The notes beneath the pieces are model-generated. The model was not told the DNA's origin. It was given only the letters and a program-made list of their open reading frames with translations, and made no database searches. Below are positions 38,851 to 52,610 of a stretch of DNA of 64,000 nucleotides, one piece after another. The DNA lies in assembly GCF_003918875.1 (NCBI RefSeq), contig NW_025766092.1, positions 682,001-746,000 of the forward strand. The letters are read 5' to 3'. Each line of letters begins with the position of its first letter. The first letter of the stretch is position 1. Both the position numbers and the translations under genes were made by a program. This DNA is from Haliotis rubra (lineage: Eukaryota).

Positions 38851-40886
38851 TACATATGCTATTATTGGGATGGGTATATTCTGTCAATAAACACAATCAA
38901 GACTCTCAGTGACAAACCTGTTTTAACATTCGATAGTAATTGATAGTAAAATCAATTCTGAGAAGAGAAATCATTTATCATTTAATGACAACAAAGTTCT
39001 ATTTACCTACAAACTTCTCAGTAACGAACCTGTTTCAGGCTCACCCTGCTCTACTCACTAGACAGTGGACTGTTCCATTATACCCATAGGTGTTACCCTA
39101 ATTAACCTTCTAGTTCAGTGTCTGTCAATTGGGTGTCTGTCAAATGGGTGTCTGTCAAATGGGAGATAACCATATATGTATATGGGAGAGAATTTATTGA
39201 TGCCAGATTCCTTGTTAATGAAGAAAACTACGTTTTGGATATTTTCATATTAGGTGATACAAGATTAAGAGCATACAGTAAAGTACTTTTATAACCAATA
39301 CGCCAATATCAAACTGGCTGTATAACCAACTGTTTTATTTCGGTCCGAGCCTCTTGTTTTATCCGTAAAAATCCGTAAAAAAGAAATATTGTCACAACGA
39401 AATGAAATTGGTGGTCCCGTTGCGTTTTTATAACCGTATTCCGTTCCATGAAAACAATGACATCAAAAATTCTCTCCCGGAATTACATGTCCTAAGTTAA
39501 TGCATTTCACTGCGGAACATAACTGACCCATAATTCGGCTGCTGCCTTCTCGGTGTTCGCCAAAGAGAATATATCTTCCTTGTACTATTTGAATTTTCTT
39601 CAACTGCCTGCATACTTGAGATTCCCTAATTTGTTTCAGGCACATAACACTGAAAGTTAAGCTTTTCATGAAACTATTTTATTCTGTCGTATGCTGGAGA
39701 CAATGTTATAAATAAAATAAAAAATATAAAGTTATAGATAATTTCGGAGAATATGGATGGAGCATCTTGGGCTTTATAAATATAAAACAAATTGACACTT
39801 TCCATATCAATTTTATCAAGAAAATATTTCCTGTTAAGGCTTATGGATAACTGCGTGTATCTCATCTCTGCGCTAAAGCACGTATGATAATATTCCGAAA
39901 CTATTACCAACGAGGGGTGATGGATTAGCCTCATGGTTCAAGCGTCCGTTCGTCACACTGAAGTCCTGGGTTCGATTCCCCACATAAGTAAAATGTGTGA
40001 AGCCCATTTGGTGTCCCCCGCCATGGTATTGGAATATTGCTAAAAGCGGCGTAAAACCATATTCACTCAGTTATCAAGGGAATTCTCAAAACGATCATCG
40101 ATTCTAGCCTCTAGTGAAGATAGATACTTCTGTCAATTTTGGCAAATGGTTCACCCGTGAAAAAGATGTGAATAACAGAAGTTTCTTAAGTTTATCGCCA
40201 TCATTCTTTTCATTTTCCTGGCTCAAAAACTAAAAGCAATTAAGCAATTTGGAACGCTCATATTTTAAGCTTGAATTTGATAAAGGGACAACCTTCTCCT
40301 CTATGGAATATGAATTTAAACTGAAAACCTATTTAAAACATATACCATCTGCTTTGGCAATAAGGCATCCCGAATGTTACGTCATCGCGTCTGTTGAAAA
40401 TGGAAAGCTACTTTAGGAAATGGACACTATATTAAACCAGTGATACTGGCGATAAATTCCTTTATATTTTTGAAAGAAAATATTTCAATGAAGAGAGTGA
40501 GTGAGTTAATATTTAACGTCACATCGGCAATATCTCAGCCATATCGTGACGATCAATGAAGAGAGACAGTTGTACATATACCATAAGCATATTTTGCAAG
40601 GCCAGATATATAAACGTTCGAGGAACTGATTTTTACCAAACTATCATTTGTGAAAGTCCCCGTTGTAAACGCACAATGGAAATGCCACCCCTACAAATCC
40701 GTCATGTCACAGTTATGAAGGACTCGAACCATTATTTTTAATTGACTAGTTTTCAAGCGAGATGCCATCATATCGCTTATTCCTGATAATTAAACTCATT
40801 TGCATATTTATGCGATAACAAGTTAATCTGATTGGTTCACTTAATTAATAAGTGCCGTAACAAGGCATGTACAGGCATATGTCTTG

Positions 40887-40933
40887 CCCAGATAGCATTC
40901 AGACGTTGGCCCAACGTCCGAATGCTATCTGGG
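40887..40933. mobile_element. 47-bp palindromic mini-element, CMC/EnSpm-like termini
   Basis: CCCAGATAGCATTC...GAATGCTATCTGGG with TG on both flanks. Confidence 0.6.
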
Positions 40934-41521
40934 TGGTTGTCTTCTCTGCAAACCATTACTGACAACATGAGCAATCATTAGCCAGTTGAAGAAGCTGCAG
41001 TGTTAATAGCAGTTTATAAAGATTCCATATTTTGGCCAATAAGCATGTCACGCCTCAATCTGTTGCACAGAGTTGCGTCCCTTTGCAATGCAAGGATCAG
41101 GTGGAGACCGATCGGTAGGTCTGTCAGCACCAAAGAGTTTCACCAAAGAGGACAATGTCAACTACGTACTCGATTTTAAGCTTACCTCCCCATATGGCAT
41201 AATGTTGGATGTAAATTACATAGTATACAAAGAAGGGTTGAACCAAACTCTCCCGATCCTATGTATCCGCATATACATACGCACACCAACCAGGGCCATC
41301 ATTTTTTACGTCTGTGCCTTGCTACATAACGTTTCACTTGTTTAATAACGGTGTTAGCATCTGGGCCGCAAGCACTGCACTAGAGACTTAATAAATTATA
41401 TGGTCTCTAGTTGTAAGAAAGATGTTGTAGGTCAATATAATTATCTCCCTTGTTCATTAAACCAACTTCTAACTGCCATTAAAGAATAAACATCATCTGC
41501 ATAATCTACTATTTTTCAGTC

Positions 41522-42882
41522 ATGATTGCGGAGTATTTGCTGCTGGGAAGTGTTCCTCTCTTGCTTGGGCTACTTGTCAGCGCAATGTGTCTATATTGCC
41601 GAAAACGCCGGAAGTCCATGTGAGTTTCTTCTGGTTTTCAAATAGGTAAACTAGCACAAAGCCCCAAAACATATTTAAGTTTATTTTTCAAAAGACACAC
41701 GTCAACAATAAATTCTTTTCACATATTGGTTATTCAATCTTAAACTGACAGATATAAAATAGACAACAATATGAAATCAATGACATAGTTCAGCACAATA
41801 ACGCATCACGAGACCATCACATTCTGTTATCAGCCAATCAGGAAACAGGTGTACGTTAGTGGGCGTGGCCTATTTTATTTTGGTATATTTAAACAAATAC
41901 TCTAAAACTATTGCTTGTTAGCGAATCAAATGATAGGGAATCACGTGCGATTTCTTTTAAATTAAATAACAAACACATAAATACATTGTTGACATTTTAA
42001 TTTCAGCGAAAATGTTGGAAGTTTTGAAAGGCCGTCAGTTTCAGACGAAACAGAGCACATTGTCCCTAACATTGTGCTCCCACCTACAAGTCCACGAGAG
42101 AAACAAGTCATCCACATCCTCCGCATCCACTTTGTTAGTCTCAACAGCTGACCAGATCACAGCATGTCCTGCTTCTCCTCCCGCCTGCCGATCACCTGGC
42201 GCCACCTTCAACGACAGCGACTTCGACGACGACCAAAATCCCAGCAACAATGACTGTGCTCTGTATGTCGAATCGTATCCTTTGTGTCGACCTGATCCAT
42301 CGACCCAGTTCCTAATGGACTCCTGCGGGGGGGATTCGGTTGTAGATGCGCCTCCGTCTTCCTTAGTGGACTGCGATGAGGATGGCTCTGATGAGGACCC
42401 TTATGACTACCCACTGTATAACATTCCTGGTTTCTTAAAGAAATCAACAAACGGAGCCAGCTGCAGTAGCAGGTTAATCCAGCCTACCTTGAAGATGGTA
42501 GATGTTACTGTCCATCCCGAACCCACGCCCTGGAAGAAAGACAGATCCGCCACAATACACACAGAGTGTCCAAGTTCCACCATCTCACCAATTGGTGATG
42601 AACTGAACGATGAGGTCAAGGATGAGAATGTTTATCAAGAACTGGGCGCTGTTGATACAGATTCAGATGTATATGCAAACGGAACTTTGCTATCCAATGT
42701 CGAAAAAGCAAGAACAGGTGAAAGGTCAAAATGGAACCAAGAAGAAAATTACGAAGCCGCCTCGAAATGTGTCAGCGAGTCAGACGTTGCCAACAAAGGG
42801 TCCGCCTCCCTGTACAGGACCTGAGTACGTCAACTTTAAGGGACGTATGCGAAGCTCGAAGCCTCCTTCTGATGACCAATAA
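41522..42882 (+). CDS. Transmembrane adaptor-like gene A (TM + CxxC + tyrosine-motif tail); two frameshifts as assembled, possibly a pseudogene
   Basis: Exon 41522-41619 encodes MIAEYLLLGSVPLLLGLLVSAMCLYCRKRRKS with a phase-2 gtgagt donor, and is preceded by a tttttcag acceptor. Exon 2 starts at 42007 (tttcag|). Tail motifs are YDYP, YNIP, YQEL and YANG, with YVNF in a third frame ending at TAA 42882. Paralogous to gene B. Confidence 0.7.
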
Positions 42883-42998
42883 GAACAAAACTATCCCCGA
42901 CTATAAAACATTTTCTTTGTCAAGGTTAAAAAATGTACAGATGGTGACTGCACCAAGGTAACAGTTGTCTAAGTCTAATGCTGCTATTTTTAAATATA

Positions 42999-43148
42999 TA
43001 CTGAGAGAAACAAATAAAGGATCACAGCGTTCCTTTATTATTTTCCACTTTACATCACCACAGCCCTATTCAAAGCTGGTGATAAAACTGGAAAATATTA
43101 AAGGAACGCTTGAATGTTCCTGTGATCCTTTATTTGTTTCTCTCAGTA
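42999..43148. mobile_element. TA-flanked hairpin MITE just downstream of gene A
   Basis: tactgagagaaacaaataaaggatcacag pairs with ctgtgatcctttatttgtttctctcagta, plus a second inner stem. Confidence 0.75.
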
Positions 43149-43899
43149 TATGTTTAACGTTATGCCTGTTTAAGTGTTGTTTGGTTTCATGAACAAATGT
43201 GTTCTGGTTTTCAGTATACCCTTCAAGGTAGAATCTCACACGTATTGTCAATGTATAACTATTCTTCTCTGTTTTTCCCCATTTATTAGGGATTCACGTT
43301 TGTACAGAACTGCGTTCTCTTGTAAATAGTTCACCAAGAAAAGGCTGATTAATTAAAATTGCATTGACCAGTCTTCTAATAAACTTTTTTAATTTGTGTT
43401 CACGTTTTAATGAACTGTTTACACTCATCAGCTATCAAGGCTGATACACAAACTCTGTTATGGATAGTACATTTTTTGCTTTTCGTAAAACCAAACTCAG
43501 TCAGTCAGTTTTGCACAGCTATTGTCAACATAAAGTCTTGAGTGAATGAGAGAGTCAAGTCAAATCTACATAGACAAATATGGTTCCACACTTCTAAGGA
43601 TGCATTAATTTTCTTGTAAAAGCGGAGCCACCAGTTAATGCTAACAACTCCACTTTGCACTGGTAAACGTAATTTATTTGAAACCTTTTTGTTACAAACA
43701 TTTGTTTACTGAATGGGATAAAAATAATAAATGTCAATGTACAACACGCAGATCATAAAAAATGTTTGAAATGAAAGTCTAATAGTTTGCTCCAAGTGCT
43801 GGACAGTTTATTGAACAATTACATTTGGTAAGCACCTCTACTTTTACCATTTCGAATTCTTAAGGAAGCCTCAAGTCTCCCCAATATATATATATGTTT

Positions 43900-44300
43900 T
43901 GTGTATGTATAATAATAAATTAATATAAAAATAAATAAATAAATAAATAGAATAAATGAATAGAATAGAATAGAATGAATAGAATAAATAGAATAACAAA
44001 ACATAAAAAAATAAATAATCCAACCAACCAACCAAACAAACCCAGTAAAGGATAATCTAGACACAAATACCCTTCCCCCACCAATGACCACAACTACAAA
44101 ACCAAACAAATGAACACACACACCGCCTAAAACAACAGCAATAAAACACAAAAAACTCAAAACAACAACAAAACAACACAGAAGCCCAAACACTCAAACC
44201 ACCAACGAAAGGCAGGACAAAAGCATGGCAACAAACCACAACACACGTATAGGAGCAAAACAAACAAATCAAAACAGCCCTGCCAAACGTTCCAAACAGC
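43900..44300. repeat. A/C-rich low-complexity tract
   Basis: (aaat)n, (agaat)n and (aaac/aac)n runs. Confidence 0.85.
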
Positions 44301-44550
44301 CGTACCAAACGTGGAACTGCTTAATCTCTTCCACTGGTGCATTGTACAGACCTGCATCATTGTCACCTTTCTAACACATAACAGTGAGGTGTATGTACAA
44401 CGGGCAGAGTTATAGGCGACATTTCAGTGATAGCAGCTACACCGAAACGTCGCATATATTAATAATAAAGACGTTGTAGATCCATACAACTCTCCCCGCT
44501 GTTCATCATACCAACTTCTAAATGCCGTTCAAAGAAGTTAGAGGTGTATT

Positions 44551-44725
44551 CATAGGCGGATCCAGTGTGTGTGTGTGTGTGTGTGCGCGCGCAGGGGTGC
44601 GCACCTCCCCTTTTGTGCTGAAAGTTTGTTAAATGACCATTGAAACTCGGGTGAAAATGAAGTGTGCACCCCTCCTTTTCTCAATAGTGTGCACCCCATT
44701 TCTCAAAAAGCTGTATCCGCCCCTG
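44551..44725. mobile_element. MITE with (CAG)GGGCGGATCCAG-type TIR and internal (gt)n
   Basis: cataggcggatccag pairs with ctgtatccgcccctg. Confidence 0.6.
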
Positions 44726-46119
44726 GTATTTAATTTTCTGTGTGTTTGTTTTCCGTTACAAGGTTACAGAGTTTTCCGCCGATAAATAATTATTTGCATG
44801 GTATTGATCGTGGTTTTGGATATGATAATACAGACTTCAGATCCTTCCACTAATGTGGTGAAAATATTTTGACACTGTGTTTAACATTTCCTTCTTCATT
44901 CTAATTTGTGGGTGAGTTTCCCAAATTCTTGGTGACATTAAACTTGACCCAATCACGGAAGATAAACTTAACCCAAAGCCGGAACAAGAAACCCATGCTT
45001 CGCCTGACCCGCTGGTATAGGAGACAGAAACAAATCGAGGAAATATTTAGGTTAATATCTTCTGGTTATCACTTGTCACCACCGGTGAGTTGGGAATCAG
45101 TTGGCTCTGAAAACAGTAAGTACAAAAAATTTCTTTCCATATACTTTTTAAAAGCAATAGTTTTTATGATTAGTGTATTCTTCTCCTCTCTTATAATACG
45201 TTTGCAATTTCAAAATACTGTACACGAACTGATAGATATAACAAACTGTGTTTTGTATTTGTTAGTCGAAGTACCTATAATAAGCTACTGTTATATCGAA
45301 CTTAAATTAGCGGCCCTTCTAAGTTCGTTATAACCGTAGTATGATGTACCATAAATACATGAACCAAAGCTCGCGAGATGAAAATTTTCTTAGGACGTCT
45401 AGTTTGCAATTATATCATTAATAACCATTGTTGGGAACGGACTTAATGAAATGAAGCATTTAAAGCGGTTAGTTGCATTGGTAATTACTAGCCCTTATTA
45501 GGGAGGGACGGGATGAGTTAAGGAAGTTTACTACTTTCACTGGTAATTTCCCTCGAACATTTCGTACACACTTACCATTTTGAATTATATATTCTATATT
45601 CAACCTGTTCAGAGTCACTTTTACAGTGGTACTCCGTGTGTTAGCTTTAACTATCATGTGGCGTGTGAAGCTATCGTTCCATGTATTGACGTATATTTTC
45701 GTCACTATTTGGATATAATTTATGCCATGAAGTGCATTAACTGAGTCAGGAACTCTCGACACATGATACCGTTGTCTCTTTACTACATGTATATATGTTC
45801 TAAAATCTATACTTACCCACTAACTAATATTATGACATATTTGTTTGTTGCACAATAACTCTACCTCCTGTGACATTGTGAAACTGTAGGAGGATGGCTA
45901 AATGTCAAAATTCGTCTTCGGACATTAATGGGTACCCGGGAGGAGGCAATGGTTATGTCACTGGCAACTTCTAATGCTTAATAGGCAGCTTGGGTTGTTG
46001 GGAGCTGAGAATGAAACAATGCATACTGATCCAGGAACGATGTGATAATGGTGTATCGCGTTGAGCATGTCCAATTCTATTGGCCTCATAGTTATTGTCA
46101 TTATTTTTATTGTTTTTAG

Positions 46120-48698
46120 ATGTCTGTCTACACCTGGTCCGAAATCGTGCTGGCTGTTGCTTTCTGTGCAGCGGTAGCCTTGATTACAGTGATTTGTATC
46201 CGCTGCCAGAGGAACGCCAGGTAACGTGTAGCCTATCTACAAATACACGTGAATGTTGCATAGGACACAATATAACAATGTTACAGGTTAAACACGCATG
46301 TATTCCCTGTATATCTTTAACAAAACACACACGTTACAAGTAGACACAGCTGTATGAAATAAACAATATATAGACTATGTGACATACAATGGGGGTAGGT
46401 ACACATGTATGCTCGACGTGAGACCAAAAATACATATATACGTTGAGGTAGACACACCTGTATGTTCTACGTCATACAAACCTAAAACACAATACATTAC
46501 AGATAGACTGTAAGCTCTATTTCACAAAGACCCGGGTTCGGTTCGATTCATCACATGGGTACAATATGTGAAGCCCATATCTGGTGTCCCCCCGCCCTGA
46601 TATTGCTGGAATATTGCTAAAAGCGGCGTCAAATTACGTCACTCACTCACTCACTCTATTTGACACGTTGTTTCCTCCTGCACCTGCACGGATCATCTGC
46701 TGGGAATATTAGAATTAACACTCCTTCATGCAAACCCTTGACAGAAACATTCTCCGTCAAACCCTTATGTCAAACCTTCGGTTGTCTCGAAGTGAAAGCT
46801 TACTTCCTTATTTCTTCTTTAGTCGTCGCAGTGGTTTGCTCATCACATGAAGGCCCGTGTTCGATTCCCCACGTGGGCACAATGTCTAAAGCCCATTTCT
46901 GGTGTCAACGCCGTGATATTGCTGGAATATTGCTAAAAGCGGCGTAAAACCCAACTCACTCACTCACTCTTCTTTTTGTCATCATTTTGCTGTTTTGTCG
47001 AACATCGACAACACAAAGTATTTACGTACATCCCTTTAACTTCGACACAACAGTGTTTGTACTTTACATATCTTTCCAGTGTAGTGCAACACCAACATAT
47101 CACTGCTACCTATGTGCGCTTCTTACTCTATAACACTCTATGTATCTCACGGCAGGGAACACAGACAGTATGCTTCAAGAACGTCACCCATTTGGGAATT
47201 GAACCTGGGTCCCCGGCACAGAGGCCGAACGCTTTATGATACATTAATTTCACATACCTTAACCATAAAATTATTTTATAGTAATTTTCATGGTAACAAA
47301 GACTATAATGTAAGTCGCAATAATTATCAGGACATCGAAAATGAAATCAACGCACACAACTCAACAAAGCGCTCTAATTATTTCAATGACATTGTTTACC
47401 TTTAGGGCACGTGTGGAAGCCAAAAGTTCCGATACAGAAAAAGCCAGTATCCGGTCATCTGCAGATTCAGGCGACGAACAGCAGCACTACAAGGAAGAAG
47501 CAGAAGTCATCAACGAACTTCCGGCCTCAGTAGATCGGACTGAAATACACGGAAATAAAGAAACTACTGACATTCAAACTGACCCGATAAACGACTCAGT
47601 TAAACCTTTGAAAACTCAGATGGATGGGTCTGTAGGTGTTTCCAAATGGACAGATTCAGTCATTTCTGATGGGGTAGAACTATTACCACCGGTATGCGGA
47701 TCACTTGACCAATTAAGAAAGTCTTATGCATATATCTGCACCTATCCGAGGGTAAGGCCCTCCTCAGCAGCTGCTGAAGCAGGGATTGGAAGTGACAGCT
47801 TGAAGTCTGATGTCTTCTTCGATGCTGCGTCTTCTAATTCAGGTGAGTTGGGAACGTTAGCCAAGTGGATACTCGACATACAGAAGATGAGTGCAGGTTC
47901 TGCAGGAAAAGAAATAGCGAAATCATATGACGCCAGCAGTGAAGACAGCTTCACCACTGCCGTCGAGACGTCTGAAGAGACTGATGAGGAATGGGATTTG
48001 AGACCTGTTAATGAGAAGCCACCGAAAAAACGACGAGTGTCTAGGAAAGCAAGATCGTTACATCTTGCCAGTTCACACAATAAGAACATGCGAGATAAGA
48101 CAAAGAAGAATGCCACATGGGGTACTAGCAAACAAATTCAAGAAGGTGCTCCGTGTAGTTCTTCCTCCGCAGGTTACAAGTCTGGAAGTTCTCATGATCT
48201 TGAAGTGGAAGCCTCGTGTGAGACTGAACATGAACCATCAGCTGACTATGATCCCATCTACAAAAACTATTCCGGAATCATATCTGAAGCACGTCGTCAA
48301 GATGCTTATGAAAATTACCCCGAAGAAACAGAACCGCTCACAGGGACCGAGAGTCTTCAAGAGAGGGAAGACCCATCAACCCCTTTTGTTAGCAGCTTAG
48401 TACTAAGGGATGGTATATTCGTTAGATCGGGATCAAGTTCAAGTATTGGTATATCGCCACCTCCTAGATCAGGTTCTTGTCGAGACATCCTGCTGAGGGA
48501 ACCTGGAGTCGATGGTGCCAAGAGAAAGCCCCCACTGAAACCTGCAAGGCATTTGTCACACAGTATATCTCCTCGAGGAGCACAACCCCCAACCGTTGTA
48601 GTCTCCCCGTAGATCCCAGATCATGTAATATCCCTCCCCCTAAGCCTTGTTCAAACGATGTACAGTATGTAAACTTCAGGGGTAGTCTGAAGAGGTAG
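46120..48698 (+). CDS. Transmembrane adaptor-like gene B (TM + CxxC + tyrosine-motif tail); 435 aa as assembled, ~464 aa if one C is restored at 48586-48590
   Basis: Exon 46120-46220 encodes MSVYTWSEIVLAVAFCAAVALITVICIRCQRNA with an AG|gtaacg phase-2 donor. It splices in frame to the exon starting at 47406 (tttag|), which is the 423-aa ORF. Motifs are YICTYP, YDPI, YKNY and YENY. YVNFRG lies in the -1 frame after the TAG at 48612. Confidence 0.8.
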
Positions 48699-50599
48699 GA
48701 ACGCCCTAAGGGGTTTGTTAATAGAAATTATAATAGTTTAAGCATGCTTGTATGTTGTATGCTTAACATTTCCAGCTTTCCGTTCACGATAACTTTGTTA
48801 TACCATTGTCTGTGGTAACGTATGCTAAAGAGGAACTATGCTTAACGTTCGTCTGTCAATTTCCAGCTCAGCTTTATACGTACTTATTACAGTATCTCAA
48901 ACTGAACATTTTAGTAATATTTACTTGTAGAGAGCTACACATAAATATGTTTGTGTTGACAGACAGTGGGATTTGAATGACTTGAATCAAACTTGTACGT
49001 ACATGAAAACTGAACCAAGTGCAACCCCTCTTTAGTGATTCTCTCAATACCTACACAAGCTTCCGTAGGGAGTCTGGGTCAGAGTAAGTCCCAAGCAAAC
49101 CGTGCCTGCCGTCATTTAATTGGATGATCTGGCTCGGTGACGTGTTTGATTGCGTGTTTTTGGACCCACACGGAGTGGATCTTTCACGATCACCAAACAC
49201 ATACGCCGTAATGTAGCTGGAATATTGCTGGATGTGGCTTTAAGCACAGACACAGATAGACAGACACACCCATTCACGCGTTTCCGCAAACGCACACGCA
49301 CACGCATACGAAAGTTTAGGATTAGGAACACTTGTTTAATTCCAGCCAGACCTGCACAGAAGAAGAAAGGATGGAGTTTATGTGTGTTTAGGGCTGAAGT
49401 AAGTATCCGCCGCTAATCCATGACATTGTTGTACCAATCCAGATACTGGAAGACTGCGCTCCAAGGGAAGCATATTTTGGGAAGAGTGTCTCAACCAATA
49501 AGATGACTAGCCCACCGAAGTGTAATTACCAACTGACATTCTGCAGTTGTTACCAGAAGATACGAAAACAATGTCTACACCTACAGTGGACATAACCTAA
49601 CGCTTTATAGAATTACTGTTCAGCTGCGGTTGGATTTCTTGGAGCATGTGGCGATTGTGTATGAAAAGTTTATGGAGACCCATGTGTACAATCTCATCAC
49701 ATGGTCTATGGAAATCCATATGTACAATCCCCTGTCAGATGTATCGGGGACATCGACATGTTGACAAGAGCTATTGTTGAAATTATACGGACATTCGACA
49801 CCCAAGGATAATTTCCTTGTCTCACTTGCTCTCGTGCCATCTAGCCGACGTAATGCCTGGTGAACTGAAAGTACACGACTATTTTGATATGATGTGCCGG
49901 AACATCGCTGTTTCACTTGTGTATGTATACGCCGCCATCATATGGCTGGGGGTTTGTCGACCGGTCCGTCATTCATCATTCATGCATTATGAAAATACGC
50001 AAATAATAAACAAATTGCCGGATACTTCCTCGTCTCAGGTATCACAAGTACATGACTCATCTTAATCGGACACGGAGAGACAACGAATGTCCGAGCAATA
50101 AATACCATCATTGTGTTTTCAAAGTGTTTGACCTTTGTACCATAGCCATTCTGTGAAGAGCCTTGTGTTTATTGTGTATGAGACGTGATGCATTACTGAA
50201 TCAATATGCTGTGTTTTTACATGTCAGCTACACTTACGATCACACCTATGTCAGTGGTGCGCGCAGTGGTGCTTCCCTTAGATATACTAGGATGCAGCAA
50301 CCGAGCTTTTTATCACCAAATAGTCATCCTTATTGACTTTCTTAACTTGGTAAGCCTTTGACATCTGCATCACTTAGAGCTTTACAGACCCATCACTCAC
50401 ATTCATTAGATATAGACTTGTATTTTAGATTGTATACCGTGTATGGAACATGAGTAAATCTTTGAGGCTGTTTCGAGAAATACATTTTGAAATGAGTAAA
50501 GTCTCCATGTACATTTAATACAAGCTTGTTTTGTGTTTTAATGTGCATCATGTGTTCAGTGGTGTTTGTGTCTCAAACCCCGCGTTGTTCCATATAATC

Positions 50600-50760
50600 A
50601 GGGGTAGCCTAGTGGTTAAAGCGTTGGCTCGTCACGCCAAAGACCCGGGTTCGAATCCCCACATGGGTACAATGTGTGAAGCCCATTTCTGGTGTCCCCC
50701 GCCGTGATGTTGCTGGAATATTGCTAAAAGCGGCGTAAAGCCAAACTCAGTCAGTCAGTC
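50600..50760 (+). mobile_element. tRNA-derived SINE family A (representative full copy)
   Basis: A box tagcctagtggtt, B box ggttcgaatcc, (cagt)n tail, TSD tccatataatc. Other copies or fragments (approximate): 9170-9277(-), 11286-11448(+), 13620-13710(-), 23700-23850(-), 25630-25950(-, two), 33283-33425(+), 34757-34915(-), 39913-40070(+), 46528-46656(+), 46830-46970(+), 47140-47235(-), 62685-62995(-, two). Confidence 0.9.
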
Positions 50761-52610
50761 CATATAATCCTCATATGAATTAATGTGTACAAACCTTCAA
50801 GCTGTTTTGTCCAGCAGAAACGGATGGAGAGAAGGGGTGGAGCTTGATACTTTGTCATGTTGTATGGAAAAGAACAAAATGATTTCTGATATATGTTGTA
50901 GGTACCGAAAGCAAAAAGTTATGTCAAGTTATTGAGTCGGATTCAGTATATTTTGTCAAGTTCATGGCGCACATACTCAGTACGAATTGTGGGATACAGA
51001 GTTATGCCCCTTGATGCATACATCCTCTTCATTCCTCCGAAAATATACTCATGCCAATAACGGTTGTCACCCCCTTCAATTTTTTTAATTGGTGTGGGGT
51101 GTGTGTGTGTGTGTTGGGGTGGGGAGGGGGGGACAACCATTATTGGCATGAGTATAATATTTGTATTAGTTGTTGTTGTGTTGTACTTCAGTTGTTGGTT
51201 TGTTGTTACACCGCACTCAGCAATATTCCAGCTACATGGCGGCGGTTTGTAAATAATCGAGTCTGGACCAGACAATCCAGTGATCAACAGCATAAGCATC
51301 GATCTATGCAATTGTTATACTTCAGATAACGCAAATACCACAAGTATACTTCAGCGGATGTCGTTTGTCGATGTTACTTTAAAATATCTCACTGTAATAG
51401 GTAAACATATCTCTTTTAACACACAACGCCGCCATACAGCTGGATTATTGCTGAGTGCGGCGTAAAACTGAGCAAACTCGCTCACATTTAACACACACAC
51501 GCACTCTCACACACAGGTTAGTGAAACTAATTTTGCTTTGCCTTTTTGTACCAAGACATAAACATACACAGACGTGTCATATCACCCCCTTCCTGGTGAC
51601 AAACAGGTTGTCGTACGGCTGATACTGTCGTTTAATAGTAACTAGGTCGGCAATCTCGACAAGAATACGAGCTGTCACACTCCTCAATGTCTGGCCATGA
51701 GGTTTACATATATAATACAGGAACGCGCTTGGAATGATATTATTACGACAGAGAGGGCACCGACACCCATTGGACCAAACACAAGTTAAATTGAGATTTG
51801 AAAAGGGTCATTTCGAACATAGAGACCAAGCCTTTGATCACTCGTCAATTTGACCAATAGGAATCTCTACACCGTTATTGTTCGATGATCGTCCTTTCAC
51901 TTACCTATCATTCAAGGCGCTGTAGCGTTCTCGGAAGGCGTCTTTTAACGCCTTCAGTTATCCAGGGCACTAGGTATACGTACAATATATATTATACCTA
52001 TGTCCCTTTGTTTGATCGTTACTTCCTCAAACCGCGTGTCAGTGGAGTGTGTTGGCATATGTGTATTTCTTATACAGCAGTACAGCCTCTTGTTCATTTG
52101 CCAGCATGGCCCTTCTACCGCTTGAAACCAGATAACTGTTTCTTCTCAGAAAGGACTAAACACCCAAACACAGGTGAGAAGTACTATTGAATTTCAGACT
52201 GGGGTTAATGGAATAACATTCATGATGATATACATGATGATATACACCAGCATCTCGAACTACGTTGACGTTGATCTGGTCAATGGTTGTATATTTCGTT
52301 CATGGTTAATGTGAAAGGTTAACTTAAAATTGTATGAATACAATAATATACATTGAAATCATTCACACAGATTACAGTAAACACGGTTATAACGACTCAA
52401 AGTTCGTTATAACCATAGTCCGTTGTACGCATATTGAAAAATATACTGTAAGTGTCCTGAGTCGAACACACAGTTCGTTATATCCATCGGTACCGTATAC
52501 GCATGTTCGTTATAAACGAAGTTTAGTGTAATATGACTAGTAGATCACAGCATATGCATATCTTACTAAGGTTGAAAGTGTGGTAATTTAATAAAACATT
52601 CTGTATGTGT

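Noticed and set aside
42822-42824. Stop-codon readthrough as an explanation for the downstream YVNF motifs in genes A and B
   Set aside because: The motifs are in different frames from the stops, so readthrough cannot reach them; a frameshift is required.
43819-44366. Hydrophobic Phe/Val/Cys-rich minus-strand ORFs resembling membrane proteins
   Set aside because: Translation of low-complexity A/C-rich sequence.
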